Assembly: GCA_020632795.1 (NCBI GenBank)
Contig: JACKEV010000010.1
Coordinates: 159,127 to 223,126 of the forward strand
Direction of reading: 5' to 3'
Origin: Alphaproteobacteria bacterium
GTDB taxonomy: Bacteria > Myxococcota_A > UBA796 > CAJQPC01
Length of the DNA: 64,000 nucleotides
How positions within the stretch are numbered: position 1 is the first letter of the stretch; each line of letters opens with the position of its first letter. A program made the translations under genes and the position numbers. Positions 47,495-58,722 of this stretch are shown here, one piece after another. The notes beneath the pieces are model-generated. The model saw only the letters and a program-made list of their open reading frames with translations. It did not search any database and had not been told where the DNA came from.

Positions 47495-48723
47495 GCCCCG
47501 CGCTCGCCGTCGGCCTGGTGGCCGTCTGCCTGTGCAGCGAGGCGTTCTTCTCGGGGAGCGAGACCGCGATCACCTCGGCCGACCGCCTGCGCCTCAAGAC
47601 CAGCGCCGACGAGGGCAGCCGGGGCGCGGCCATCGCCCTCGCCATGCTGGAGCAGCGCACCGACCTGCTGGCCACCTGCCTGATCGGCACCAACATGAGC
47701 ACCGTCAGCGCCTCCACGGTGGCCACCGCCGCCCTGGTGGGCGCCTGGCCGGACCTGGGGCAGGTGCTGGCCATCGCCCTGCTCTTCCCGATCGTCCTCA
47801 CCTTCGGCGAGCTGCTGCCCAAGAGCACCTTCCGCCACTACGCCGACCGGGCCACGCCGATCGTCATCTTCCCCATCCGGGCGTTCTCGGTGGTGTGCTG
47901 GCCGGCGCTGCGGGTGATCTCCCTGTTCACCGGGCTGCTGGACCGGCTGCTGGGCATCGACGCCGACCGCACGGTCAGCCGCCAGGAGATCCAGCGCCTG
48001 CTGGAGAGCCCCCAGGAGGTCGAGCTGGACCACGAGGACCGCCAGCTCATCCAGCGGGTCTTCGAGTTCGCCGAGACCACGGTCGAGGACGTCATGAAGC
48101 CGCTGATCGAGGTGGTCAGCGTGCCCGAGGAGTCCACCGCCGCCCAGGCCATCGCGCTGATGGTGGAGCACGGCTACTCCCGCCTGCCGACCTACCGGGG
48201 CCGGGTCGATCAGGTCACCGGGCTGGTCTACCACAACGAGCTGCTCTTCCTGGACGACCCCGCGACCCCCCTCTCCGACGTCAAGCGCGCGGCGCTGTTC
48301 ATCCCCGAGACCAAGCGCATCGAGGAGCTGTTCCACGAGTTCCGCCGCGACCGGCAGCGCGTGGCCGTCCCGGTCGACGAGTACGGCGGCGCGGTCGGCC
48401 TCATCACGATGGAGGACATCCTGGAGGAGATCGTCGGCGAGATCGACGACGAGTACGACAAGCGCACCCGCTCCATCCGCAAGGTCGCCGACAACGCCTG
48501 GGTGGTCTCGGCGCGGGTGGAGCTGGAGAGCCTGGAGCACGCCACGGCCCTGGATCTGCCCGAGGGGGACTACGAGACCCTGGCGGGCTTCATCCTGTCG
48601 CGCCTGGGGCACGTCCCGGTGGTCGGGGAGCGGCTGCTGGAGCAGGGCTGGCTCATCGAGGTGAGCAAGGCCAACGACCGCGCCATCCTGGAGGTCCGCC
48701 TGGAGCGCCGGCGCACGGCGTGA
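47491..48723 (+). CDS. CNNM/CorC-family membrane protein, tandem paralog
   Basis: Same DUF21-CBS-CorC architecture (SGSETAITSA...). GTG overlaps the upstream stop (GTGA). Confidence 0.8.
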   Translation: MSPALAVGLVAVCLCSEAFFSGSETAITSADRLRLKTSADEGSRGAAIALAMLEQRTDLLATCLIGTNMSTVSASTVATAALVGAWPDLGQVLAIALLFPIVLTFGELLPKSTFRHYADRATPIVIFPIRAFSVVCWPALRVISLFTGLLDRLLGIDADRTVSRQEIQRLLESPQEVELDHEDRQLIQRVFEFAETTVEDVMKPLIEVVSVPEESTAAQAIALMVEHGYSRLPTYRGRVDQVTGLVYHNELLFLDDPATPLSDVKRAALFIPETKRIEELFHEFRRDRQRVAVPVDEYGGAVGLITMEDILEEIVGEIDDEYDKRTRSIRKVADNAWVVSARVELESLEHATALDLPEGDYETLAGFILSRLGHVPVVGERLLEQGWLIEVSKANDRAILEVRLERRRTA

Positions 48724-49322
48724 CCCTCCACCCCCTGGCGATGCTGGAGCAGGCCGGGGCCGCGCGCTACGGCGGCGAGGCGGTCTCCCAGCTCGACCAC
48801 GCCCTGCAGAGCGCGGCCCTCGCCGCCCGAGAGGGCGCCAGCGACGCCCTCGTCGTCGCCGCCCTGCTCCATGACCTCGGCCACCTCGCCCACCCCGACA
48901 GCGACGCCGCCAGCCGGGCGGGTCGGGACCTCCGCCACGAGCAGGTGGGGGCGCGCCTGCTGGCCCGCTGGTTCCCCCCCGCCGTCACCGAGCCGGTGCG
49001 CCTGCACGTCCAGGCCAAGCGGCTGCTCGCCCGGGATCCGGGCTACGCCGCGGCCCTCTCCGAGGAGTCCGTCCGCACCCTGGCCCTCCAGGGCGGCCCG
49101 TTCGACGACGCCGAGGCCGACGCCTTCCGCGCCCTGCCCTTCGCCGAGGACGCCGTCCGCCTGCGCCGCTGGGATGACGCCGCCAAGATCGTGGGGCTCG
49201 TCGTGCCCCCGCTGGCGTCCTGGGCGCCCCTGCTGCGGGGGGTCGCCCGGGGGGCTATGCTTCCGCCATGGACGCCATCCTCCTCGACGCCGAGTGGTCC
49301 CCTCGGCCCGGCGCGCGGCTGA
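48720..49322 (+). CDS. HD-domain phosphohydrolase
   Basis: ALLHDLGHLAHPD HD motif. GTG start overlaps the CNNM stop (GTGA). The 3' end overlaps the ADH start by 55 nt. Confidence 0.55.
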   Translation: MTLHPLAMLEQAGAARYGGEAVSQLDHALQSAALAAREGASDALVVAALLHDLGHLAHPDSDAASRAGRDLRHEQVGARLLARWFPPAVTEPVRLHVQAKRLLARDPGYAAALSEESVRTLALQGGPFDDAEADAFRALPFAEDAVRLRRWDDAAKIVGLVVPPLASWAPLLRGVARGAMLPPWTPSSSTPSGPLGPARG

Positions 49323-50437
49323 CCCAAGCCGCCCTCGCGCAGCGCAAGGCCGCCGGGAGCCTGGCCTGGAGGAACCCGCTGTTCCGCGCCGCGCAGATCG
49401 ACGACCCCACCCCCGGCCCCCGCGAGGTGGTCATCGAGGTGGGGGCCTGCGGGGTGTGCGGCTCGGACACCCACTGCTACGAGACCGATGACGACGGCTA
49501 CATCATCTTCTCGGGGCCCGTGAGCCTGCCCGTGGTCCCCGGCCACGAGTACGCCGGGCGGGTGGTGGCGACGGGCGCCGAGGTGCGGACCCTGCGGCCG
49601 GGCCAGCTCGTGGCCGCCGAGGGCATGCTCAACTGCGGGGTCTGCGAGGCCTGCCGCATCGGGCGCCCCAACCAGTGCCCGCACCTGGAGATGGTCGGCT
49701 TCTCGGCGCCGGGGGCCTACGCCCGCTACGTGGCCATCGAGGAGCGCTTCTGCTGGTCGCTGGACGGCCTCGCCGAGCGCCTGGGCGACGCGCGGGCCGC
49801 GATGGAGCTGGGCGCGCTGGTCGAGCCGATCGCCTGCTCGTTCAACGGCATCTTCGTCGCCGGGCGGGGCATGGCCCCCGGCGCGCACGTCGCGGTGTAC
49901 GGCTGCGGCCCCATCGGCCTGGGGGCGATCGCCCTGTGCCGGGCGGCGGGAGCAGCAACAATTACCGCTTTTGACATCTCCCCGCCCCGCCTGGAGGTCG
50001 CCCGCGCGATGGGCGCGGACGAAGCCCACGATCCCCGGGCGCTGGCGTCGGTGGGGGGCTCCCCGGCCGATGTCATCCTCCAGGTCACACGAGGCTGGGG
50101 CGCCGACCTTCAGCTCGAGTGCGCCGGAGCGGCCGTCTCCACGATGCCGCAGATCGAGCGCGCCCTCGCTCCGGGTGGGCAGATGATCTACCTCGGCCGG
50201 ACCGGCGAGCGGGCCCCCGTCATGCTGGACGTCCTGGTCACCGGCGCCGCCAGTATCACCGGTTCCAGGGGACATGTCGGTGGGGGCTGCTTCCCGAGGG
50301 TGATCCGCCTGCTGGAGCAGGATCTGCTGGACGCGGCGCCGATGATCACCTCCAGACGCCCGTTCTCGGAGTTCATGTCCGCGCTTGAGCAGAGCTGTAC
50401 CCGCGCCGACGGCAAGATCATGCTCACCTACGAGTGA
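49268..50437 (+). CDS. zinc-dependent medium-chain alcohol dehydrogenase family protein
   Basis: CGVCGSD structural and catalytic Zn ligands, GHEYAG, and a GCGPIGLG Rossmann motif. Confidence 0.8.
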   Translation: MDAILLDAEWSPRPGARLTQAALAQRKAAGSLAWRNPLFRAAQIDDPTPGPREVVIEVGACGVCGSDTHCYETDDDGYIIFSGPVSLPVVPGHEYAGRVVATGAEVRTLRPGQLVAAEGMLNCGVCEACRIGRPNQCPHLEMVGFSAPGAYARYVAIEERFCWSLDGLAERLGDARAAMELGALVEPIACSFNGIFVAGRGMAPGAHVAVYGCGPIGLGAIALCRAAGAATITAFDISPPRLEVARAMGADEAHDPRALASVGGSPADVILQVTRGWGADLQLECAGAAVSTMPQIERALAPGGQMIYLGRTGERAPVMLDVLVTGAASITGSRGHVGGGCFPRVIRLLEQDLLDAAPMITSRRPFSEFMSALEQSCTRADGKIMLTYE

Positions 50438-50677
50438 GCGCGCCCTTCAGCGCCGGGTTCGCCTTCGAGGTGCGAAACAGGATACGCTCTGGGGAGTGTG
50501 ACAGGACTATTGAACCCGGATTACGCTGCCAGACCCGCAGACGCGCGCTGGATGGTCAGGATCGCCGCCTTGGTGTTCCCCCTCCAACGCTCGGACAGGG
50601 GGTCCCGTTGACGCGTCACTCGCTGACGTGGTAGTCAGCCCTGGCAGGTATCCCTTTTCTGAGGCAGGCAACGGTCC

Positions 50678-52504
<1,827 letters not shown>

Positions 52505-52541
52505 GACCGGCGGCCTTTCCCTGTCGGATCCGGCCCGCGTC

Positions 52542-53339
52542 ATGGACGCGGGTCTGGTCATCGTGCTGGTCCACCCCCTCCAGCCTGGCAACGTCGGCGC
52601 GGTCGCGCGGGCGATGGCCAACATGGGCCTCCAGGAGCTGGTGCTCGTCGACCCCCCGGCCTTCGACCTGGAGCAGGCCCGGATGCGCGCGGCGGGCGGA
52701 CGCCCCATGCTGGATCGCGTGCGGATCGTCGGCACCGTCGAAGAGGCGGTCGCCGACTGTCAGCTCGCCGTGGGCTGCACCGCCCGGGCCCGGCGCTGGG
52801 GCTGGCCCACCTGGGATCAGCACGAGCTGGCCGAGCAGTGCATGGAGAGCGGCCAGCGCACCGCGGTGCTGTTCGGCCGGGAGGACTCCGGGCTGGGCAA
52901 CGACGCGCTGGCCCGCTGCCAGGCCCTGGTCCGAATCCCCACCGCCGGCCTGCCCTCCCTGAACCTGGCCCAGGCCGTGCTGGTGGTCGCCGCCGCGCTC
53001 TCCGACGCCGCGCGCCGCCGCGGCTGGATGCCCGACGAGGCCCCACGGCAGGGCAAGCGCTCCGGCGGGCCCACGGAGCAGCGGCCCACCGATACGCCCC
53101 TCGGCGACACGCCCCCCCCTGGCCCGGCCCCCCTGGGCATGCAGCGGGCGACCCTCGTCCGCGCCCTCGACCTGCTGGACGAGACCCCCTACATGGCCGG
53201 CCGCTCCCGGGAGCAGGTCGCGGTCACCCTGGGGGCCCTGCTCCAGCGCGCCGAGCCCACGGCCCGCGAGCTGGAGATCCTCATGGGCATGCTCTCCAAG
53301 ACCCGCTGGGCGGTGCGCAACGCGCCCCCGGCAGACTGA
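52542..53339 (+). CDS. SpoU/TrmH-family RNA 2'-O-methyltransferase (TrmJ/LasT-like)
   Basis: VLVHPLQPGNVGAVARAMANMG...LFGREDSGL...IPT...SLNLAQAV are the TrmH motifs. Start chosen at the internal ATG 52542. Confidence 0.65.
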   Translation: MDAGLVIVLVHPLQPGNVGAVARAMANMGLQELVLVDPPAFDLEQARMRAAGGRPMLDRVRIVGTVEEAVADCQLAVGCTARARRWGWPTWDQHELAEQCMESGQRTAVLFGREDSGLGNDALARCQALVRIPTAGLPSLNLAQAVLVVAAALSDAARRRGWMPDEAPRQGKRSGGPTEQRPTDTPLGDTPPPGPAPLGMQRATLVRALDLLDETPYMAGRSREQVAVTLGALLQRAEPTARELEILMGMLSKTRWAVRNAPPAD

Positions 53340-53374
53340 ACCCCGGCGTCAGCCTCCCCACCCCGGAGCCCCCT

Positions 53375-55183
53375 GTGTCCGAGAACGAGCGCGGTCAGCC
53401 GATCACGGAAGGGACGACGGCCGCGCGGCGCTTCGAGATGCGCCTCTGCCTGGGCCGCGGGGGCTACGGCGAGGTCTACCTGGCGACCATGCAGAGCAGC
53501 GGCGGCCTGACCCAGGACGTCGCGGTCAAGACGCTGCTGCCCGAGGCCGCGCCGGACGGCGACGCGGTCCGACGCCTGCGCGACGAGGCCCGGCTGCTGG
53601 CCAGCCTGAACCACCGCGCCATCCTCAAGGTCCACGACCTCATCTCCCTCCAGGGCCGGGTCGCCCTGATCACCGAGTACGTGCCCGGCCTCGACCTGGA
53701 GGCCTGCGTGAGCGGCCAGCCGCCGCTGCCGCCCCGCGCGGTGGTGCAGGTCATCTCCGAGGTCGCCAGCGCCCTGCACGCCGCCTTTGAGACCCGGGGG
53801 GCCGACGGCGCCCCGATGCGCCTCATCCATCGGGACGTCAAGCCCTCCAACATCCGGCTCAGCCCGGGGGGCGCGGTCAAGCTGCTGGACTTCGGCATCG
53901 CGATCGCCCCCGACCGCGAGCGCGAGGCGAAGACCGGCACCGGCCTGGTCATCGGCAGCTACGGCTACATCGCCCCCGAGCGCGTCACCGACGACGCCCC
54001 TCGTCCTGCCAGCGACATCTACGCCCTGGGCTGCGTGCTGTTCGAGGCCCTCACCGACGCGAAGCTCTACCAGGATGTCTCCCGCCGCCAGCTCACGGTC
54101 ATGTCCATCCACGATGAGGTCCACGACGACTTCATCGACGCGCAGCTCCAGCGCCTGCCCCCTGGCCTCCCCCCGGCCCTGCTGACCCTGCTGCGCGAGC
54201 TGCTCGCCCACGACCCGGAGCGGCGGCCGAGCGCGGGCGCGGTGGAGATCCGGGCCGAGGACATCGCCCAGGAGATGGACGGCGCGCACCTGCGCCGCTG
54301 GTGCCGGGAGCGGGACTGGCCGCCGCCGGAGGGCCAGGCGGGCGAGCTGACCGGCCTGGTCATCACCGAGACCGGCGCGAGCCGCCCGTTCAGCCCCCAG
54401 CCCGCGGGCCTGCCGCCGGCCAACGAGACCTTCGCGTTCCCGCCGCTGGCGGCGGCCTCCAACGAGGACGCGCTGGCCGAGCCCGCGCCCCCCGCTCCGC
54501 CCGAGCCCGACGCCCCGCCACCCGAGGCGCCCGAGGCGCCCACCGAGGCCTCGCCCCGCTGGCCGATCGCCGTCGGCGCCTTGATCGTCCTGCTGCTCGC
54601 GGGCGCTGGAGGGGTCGTGTGGCTGCAGAAGGAGGCCCCGCCGCCCGAGGTGCCTGCGGTGGTCGAGGCGCCCGCGGTGGTCGAGGCGCCGCCCGACGAG
54701 CCGGATGCGCCGGAGGCGGCCCCGCCGAATGCGGCCCAGCCGAATGCGGCCCAGCCGAACGCGGCCCAGCCGGATGCGCCGTCTGACGCGCCGACGCCCG
54801 TGGCGCCGCCCTCTTCCGAGACGCCGAAGCCATCGGCCACAGCGCAGACCCCGCCGCCATCCGCCCCGCCCGCGGCCAGCCCGCCCCCCGAGGCACCCGA
54901 GGCGCCCCCCGCCGCCCTGGTCGGCGCCGCGGAGATCAGCGCCGGCTTCGGCCCGGCCCGCTTCGCCCGCGTCTCCAACAACAGCGACGTCGGCTGGACC
55001 GGCTGCACCATCACCCTGGACGGCCGGTGGAGCTTCTACCAGGGCCACATCCCGGCCCGCTCCTCCGACAAGACCCCGCTGACCCGCTACAAGGACGAGT
55101 CCGGGGACTTCATGACGGCCAACCGGGACATCACGCTCGTGGCGGTGCGCTGCGACCAGGGCACCGCCACCTTCAGGCCCTGA
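53375..55183 (+). CDS. serine/threonine protein kinase with a Pro-rich linker, one TM helix and a repeat-containing extracytoplasmic C-terminus
   Basis: GRGGYGEVY, VAVK, HRDVKPSN, DFG and APE kinase subdomain motifs. TM helix WPIAVGALIVLLLAGAGGVVWL. GTG start. Confidence 0.8.
   Translation: MSENERGQPITEGTTAARRFEMRLCLGRGGYGEVYLATMQSSGGLTQDVAVKTLLPEAAPDGDAVRRLRDEARLLASLNHRAILKVHDLISLQGRVALITEYVPGLDLEACVSGQPPLPPRAVVQVISEVASALHAAFETRGADGAPMRLIHRDVKPSNIRLSPGGAVKLLDFGIAIAPDREREAKTGTGLVIGSYGYIAPERVTDDAPRPASDIYALGCVLFEALTDAKLYQDVSRRQLTVMSIHDEVHDDFIDAQLQRLPPGLPPALLTLLRELLAHDPERRPSAGAVEIRAEDIAQEMDGAHLRRWCRERDWPPPEGQAGELTGLVITETGASRPFSPQPAGLPPANETFAFPPLAAASNEDALAEPAPPAPPEPDAPPPEAPEAPTEASPRWPIAVGALIVLLLAGAGGVVWLQKEAPPPEVPAVVEAPAVVEAPPDEPDAPEAAPPNAAQPNAAQPNAAQPDAPSDAPTPVAPPSSETPKPSATAQTPPPSAPPAASPPPEAPEAPPAALVGAAEISAGFGPARFARVSNNSDVGWTGCTITLDGRWSFYQGHIPARSSDKTPLTRYKDESGDFMTANRDITLVAVRCDQGTATFRP
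54725..54780 (+). repeat. tandem 15-bp repeat (CCGAATGCGGCCCAG, three copies plus one partial) encoding (AAQPN)n in the kinase ectodomain
   Basis: Direct tandem copies read from the sequence. Confidence 0.5.
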
Positions 55184-56466
55184 GCCCGCCTGCGCCGCGC
55201 CGCCAGCAGCAGGCCGATCAGCGCCAGCGCCGCCCCCGGCGCCACCGGCGCGCCGCAGCTCATCCGGGGCTCCACCTTCGTGGACGTGCCCTCTCCCGTG
55301 TTGTCCGGGTCATCGGGATCCTCGGCGGGGTCGTCGTCACAGGTGCCCGGGTCGTCCGACCAGCCCGAGACGCACAGGGGGAAGCGGTCCTCGAGCTGCG
55401 GGTCGTACTCGATGTAGCGGATCTGGGTGAAGTCCCACATGTTCGAGCCGTAGAGCGACAGGTCCTGGTCGACCTGCTCGGGGGCGTAGCGCATGTGGAT
55501 GCGGGAGAAGTAGGCGTCGTTGAGGTCGCCCTGCCAGCCCAGGGCGGCGACGTCCTCTGCGGTGAGGGGGTCGCCGGAGCAGGGGTCGCAGCTCGACGGC
55601 GCCCAGCCGTACTCCAGGATCCAGCCGGCCCGCTCCTGGGCGGAGACCGCCTCACCGAAGCGGTCGTTGTAGAACACGCCGAAGTCCTCCCAGTCGGACT
55701 CGACGTACATGCACTGGTTCTCCACCTCGACCTGGGGGTAGTTCGAGATGTGGGTCTGCCCCTGGTCGCTGAGGATGTAGAGGAGCAGGTCCTGCTCCCC
55801 GGCGGAGTTGAGGGTCCCCAGCCGGATGGGCAGGGAGAAGACCGCGGCGTCGTAGCCGAACTGGAGCGGGGAGAGGTAGCTGGCGTCGTCGGGCAGCGCC
55901 TCCAGGGCGACCCGGGCGGCGAAGAAGTAGCTGCCGCCGTCGATGTACTCCTGGAGCAGGTCAGCCGCGCTCGCGTCCACCGCGTAGCCGTTGTCGGTCA
56001 GCCACTCCAGCAGGCCGCCGGACTCCTGCGCGGAGAGCACCACGATCTCGTACTCCCCGGCGGTGAACTGCGCCTCGACGGTCACGCTGCCGTCGGCCTG
56101 GGCGCCCGCGCCCCCGTCCTCGGCCGCGCTGTCGAAGTCCTGGTCATCCCAGGCGAAGTCCTCGCAGGTGTAGGACACCAGCCGGGGCGCGGAGTACTCG
56201 TCGACCCGGGCGATCGCGGAGGGCTCCACGACCTGCACGTCCTCCTCGCCCAACACCTCGGGCACGGGCACGACCAGGGCGAACTCGGAGAGGTTGCCCT
56301 CGTAGTCGTTGACCAGGGTGAGGGTCGTCCGGGTGCCCTCCCGGGAGATGACGAGCTGGCTCGCCCCGTTGTACAGGTCGGCGCCGGCCTGGCCGACGTA
56401 GGTGCCGCAGAAGGCGTGGGCCGGCGTCGGGGCGCCGAGGGTCAGCAGAGCGAGCGCGGTGAGCAT
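55087..56466 (-). CDS. secreted protein with N-terminal signal peptide and C-terminal hydrophobic anchor (possibly DUF2330-like)
   Basis: MLTALALLTLGAPTPAHA signal peptide. C-terminal PVAPGAALALIGLLLAARRRR anchor. Its 3' end overlaps the convergent kinase gene by about 97 nt. Confidence 0.45.
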   Translation of the reverse strand: MLTALALLTLGAPTPAHAFCGTYVGQAGADLYNGASQLVISREGTRTTLTLVNDYEGNLSEFALVVPVPEVLGEEDVQVVEPSAIARVDEYSAPRLVSYTCEDFAWDDQDFDSAAEDGGAGAQADGSVTVEAQFTAGEYEIVVLSAQESGGLLEWLTDNGYAVDASAADLLQEYIDGGSYFFAARVALEALPDDASYLSPLQFGYDAAVFSLPIRLGTLNSAGEQDLLLYILSDQGQTHISNYPQVEVENQCMYVESDWEDFGVFYNDRFGEAVSAQERAGWILEYGWAPSSCDPCSGDPLTAEDVAALGWQGDLNDAYFSRIHMRYAPEQVDQDLSLYGSNMWDFTQIRYIEYDPQLEDRFPLCVSGWSDDPGTCDDDPAEDPDDPDNTGEGTSTKVEPRMSCGAPVAPGAALALIGLLLAARRRRAQGLKVAVPWSQRTATSVMSRLAVMKSPDSSL

Positions 56467-56518
56467 GGGATCCCTCCGGTTGCGATGGCTGTACTCTGCC
56501 ACCGCGGCCGGGCCCTGG

Positions 56519-58681
56519 CTACAGCGACTCGCGCCGCAGCCGCTCGAAGGTGGTCAGCGCCAGAGCCCGCAGCGCGCGCCCGTCTTCGGGGTAGGCCCCC
56601 AGCCCGAACTGCACCTCGACGTCGAGCCGCGCGCCGGAGGGGGTGAGGAACTGGAGCCCCTGCACCCGCCGCCGAAGGCGCTCCACGACCCGCTCCCCCT
56701 GCTCGCTGCGGACCTCGGGCAGGCCGAAGACGAGCTTGGAGGACGCCCAGCGCCCCCGCAGGTCGTACACGCGCAGCTCCCGGTCCAAGGCCCGGGCCAG
56801 CCCGATCATCACCTTGTCGGCGGCGAGCTGGCCGTGCTCCGCCGCCAGCCGCTCCAGCGCGGGCACGCTGAGCACCCCCAGGGCGAAGGGGCGCCGCCAC
56901 CGCCGGGCCTCGTCCAGGCGCGCCTCCGCGGCGAGGGTGAACGCCCGCCGGCCGGGCAGCCCGGTGAGGCGGTCGGCGTCGGCGTGGGCCTGCAGCATGC
57001 GCCCCCGGTCGACGTGATGGCGGATCCGGGCCAGCAGCAGCGTGGGGGCGGTCCCCTTGGTGAGCACGTCGTCTGCCCCCGCCGAGAGGCCCTCCAGCAC
57101 GATCTCCTCCCCCCCGAGCCCGGTGAGCATGATGACCGGTAGCGCGCTCCAGGTCGCGCTGGCCCGCAGCAGCCGCACCAGCTCCATCCCGCCCACCTGG
57201 GGCATCAGGGCGTCGATGACCACCAGGGCGGGGCGCACCCGGTCCAGGGTGGGCAGCAGCTCCCGCGGGTCGTGGATGCAGAAGGGCTGGAGCCCCATGC
57301 GGCGCAGCAGCTCGTTGAGCACCTCGCAGAACGAGGGGTCGTCGTCGACGACCAGCACGCGCGGCTGCTGGACCACGCGCTCCGCCTGGAGGCGCCGCAC
57401 CGCCGCAGTCAGCCCCTCCATGTCCACGGGCCGGGTCAGGAACACCGCGCCGCCGGCGTCGACCGCACGGAGCTGCGCCTCCAGCGAGCTGTCCTCGGCG
57501 AGGAAGCCCACGGGCAGATCGGCCAGCCCGTCCAGGGCGCGGAGCCGCTCGATCAGCGGCTTCCCGCCGCCTGCAGGCATCGCCGCGAAGCACAGGTCCA
57601 GCAGCGCCACGTCCGGGGCGCGCCGCTGGGCTCGCTCCAGCGCCCCGTCGGGGTCCGCGGCGAGCACCAGATCGAGCACCAGGGCGTCGCCCGCGTCGCG
57701 GAGCTGGGCCCGCAGCCCGGGGTCGGGGGAGACCACCAGCACCCGGGTGAGGTCCTCCGGGCTCAAAGGGGCCGCCGCCGCGCCGCCGCCCGCCTCACCG
57801 CCGCCGAGCAGCTCCGCAAGCACCTGCGCCCGGTCCCCTTCGGCCTCCAGCGCCCGCGCGACCACGGCGTCCACCCGCCCGGCCGCCTCGACGAGGGCCG
57901 AGAGGTTGAGGGACGCCGCCACCGACATCAGCCAGCCGGCGCGCTCCCGGGCGGCCTCGAGGAGGCCCACCGCGCGCGCCTCCGTGGCGGCGAGCTGGGC
58001 GTCGCGCAGCATCTGCTCCAGCTCCTCCACCTGGGCCGCCAGCGCCCCCAGATCCGGCGGCGTGGCGGGGGGCTCTTCGGGGGGCACGCCGAACGGCTCG
58101 GTGGGCGCTTCCACAAACCCCTCGCCGAACGGCTCGCCGAACGGCTCGGTGGCCGCCTCCCCGAACGCCTCGGCGTACGCCTCGCCGTCGTCCGTGGGCT
58201 CGTCCAACGCCCCATCGGGGACCACCTCCTGCGCATGCACCTCGGCGGGCTCCGGCGCCGCCGCGTCGTCCGCGGCCGGGGTCGGCGGCTTGCGGAAGGT
58301 CGGCGCGAGGTCCTCGACGTCCACGCAGCTCAGGACCTGGGTGACGAAGCCCCGGACAGACATGGGCTTGTGGAGGATCCGCGTGACCCGCAGCTCCTCG
58401 GTGAGGCGGCGCAGGATGTCCTCGGAGCGCCAGAGGGCCGACAGGAAGGCCAGCTTGATGTCCCGCCCCTGGTCGCGCAGCTCCTGGATGAAGGCGATGC
58501 CGCTGCCGTCGGGCAGGAAGCCGTCGATCACCGCGAGATCCGGGGTGTCTTCAGCGAGCGCCACCCGCGCCTCCTCCAGGGTCCCCGCCTGGTGGACCGC
58601 GAGGCCGTAGGCCTCCAGGGCGGTGCTCAGGAGAATGCGAAGCTCAGCGTCGTCATCGACGATCAGGACAGTGGGCGCCAT
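56519..58681 (-). CDS. response regulator with REC, a degenerate (pseudo-)REC and a second REC, followed by a GGDEF domain whose active-site motif is degenerate (RWASSKL in place of RYGGEEF)
   Basis: TVLIVDDDAELR...DLAVIDGFLPDGSG (REC1). RVLVVDDDPSF...VVIDALMPQVGG (REC3). DRLTGLPGRRAF opens the GGDEF domain. Start moved to the internal ATG 58681. Confidence 0.7.
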   Translation of the reverse strand: MAPTVLIVDDDAELRILLSTALEAYGLAVHQAGTLEEARVALAEDTPDLAVIDGFLPDGSGIAFIQELRDQGRDIKLAFLSALWRSEDILRRLTEELRVTRILHKPMSVRGFVTQVLSCVDVEDLAPTFRKPPTPAADDAAAPEPAEVHAQEVVPDGALDEPTDDGEAYAEAFGEAATEPFGEPFGEGFVEAPTEPFGVPPEEPPATPPDLGALAAQVEELEQMLRDAQLAATEARAVGLLEAARERAGWLMSVAASLNLSALVEAAGRVDAVVARALEAEGDRAQVLAELLGGGEAGGGAAAAPLSPEDLTRVLVVSPDPGLRAQLRDAGDALVLDLVLAADPDGALERAQRRAPDVALLDLCFAAMPAGGGKPLIERLRALDGLADLPVGFLAEDSSLEAQLRAVDAGGAVFLTRPVDMEGLTAAVRRLQAERVVQQPRVLVVDDDPSFCEVLNELLRRMGLQPFCIHDPRELLPTLDRVRPALVVIDALMPQVGGMELVRLLRASATWSALPVIMLTGLGGEEIVLEGLSAGADDVLTKGTAPTLLLARIRHHVDRGRMLQAHADADRLTGLPGRRAFTLAAEARLDEARRWRRPFALGVLSVPALERLAAEHGQLAADKVMIGLARALDRELRVYDLRGRWASSKLVFGLPEVRSEQGERVVERLRRRVQGLQFLTPSGARLDVEVQFGLGAYPEDGRALRALALTTFERLRRESL

Positions 58682-58722
58682 GTGCAAGCCATCCGGGCCG
58701 GACGTCCATCCTAACCGATTCC

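Noticed and set aside
55087-55183. 97-nt convergent overlap between the Ser/Thr kinase 3' end and the secreted-protein gene 3' end
   Set aside because: Probably real but unremarkable. Both C-termini are low-complexity, and a slightly earlier stop or alternative frame cannot be excluded by eye.
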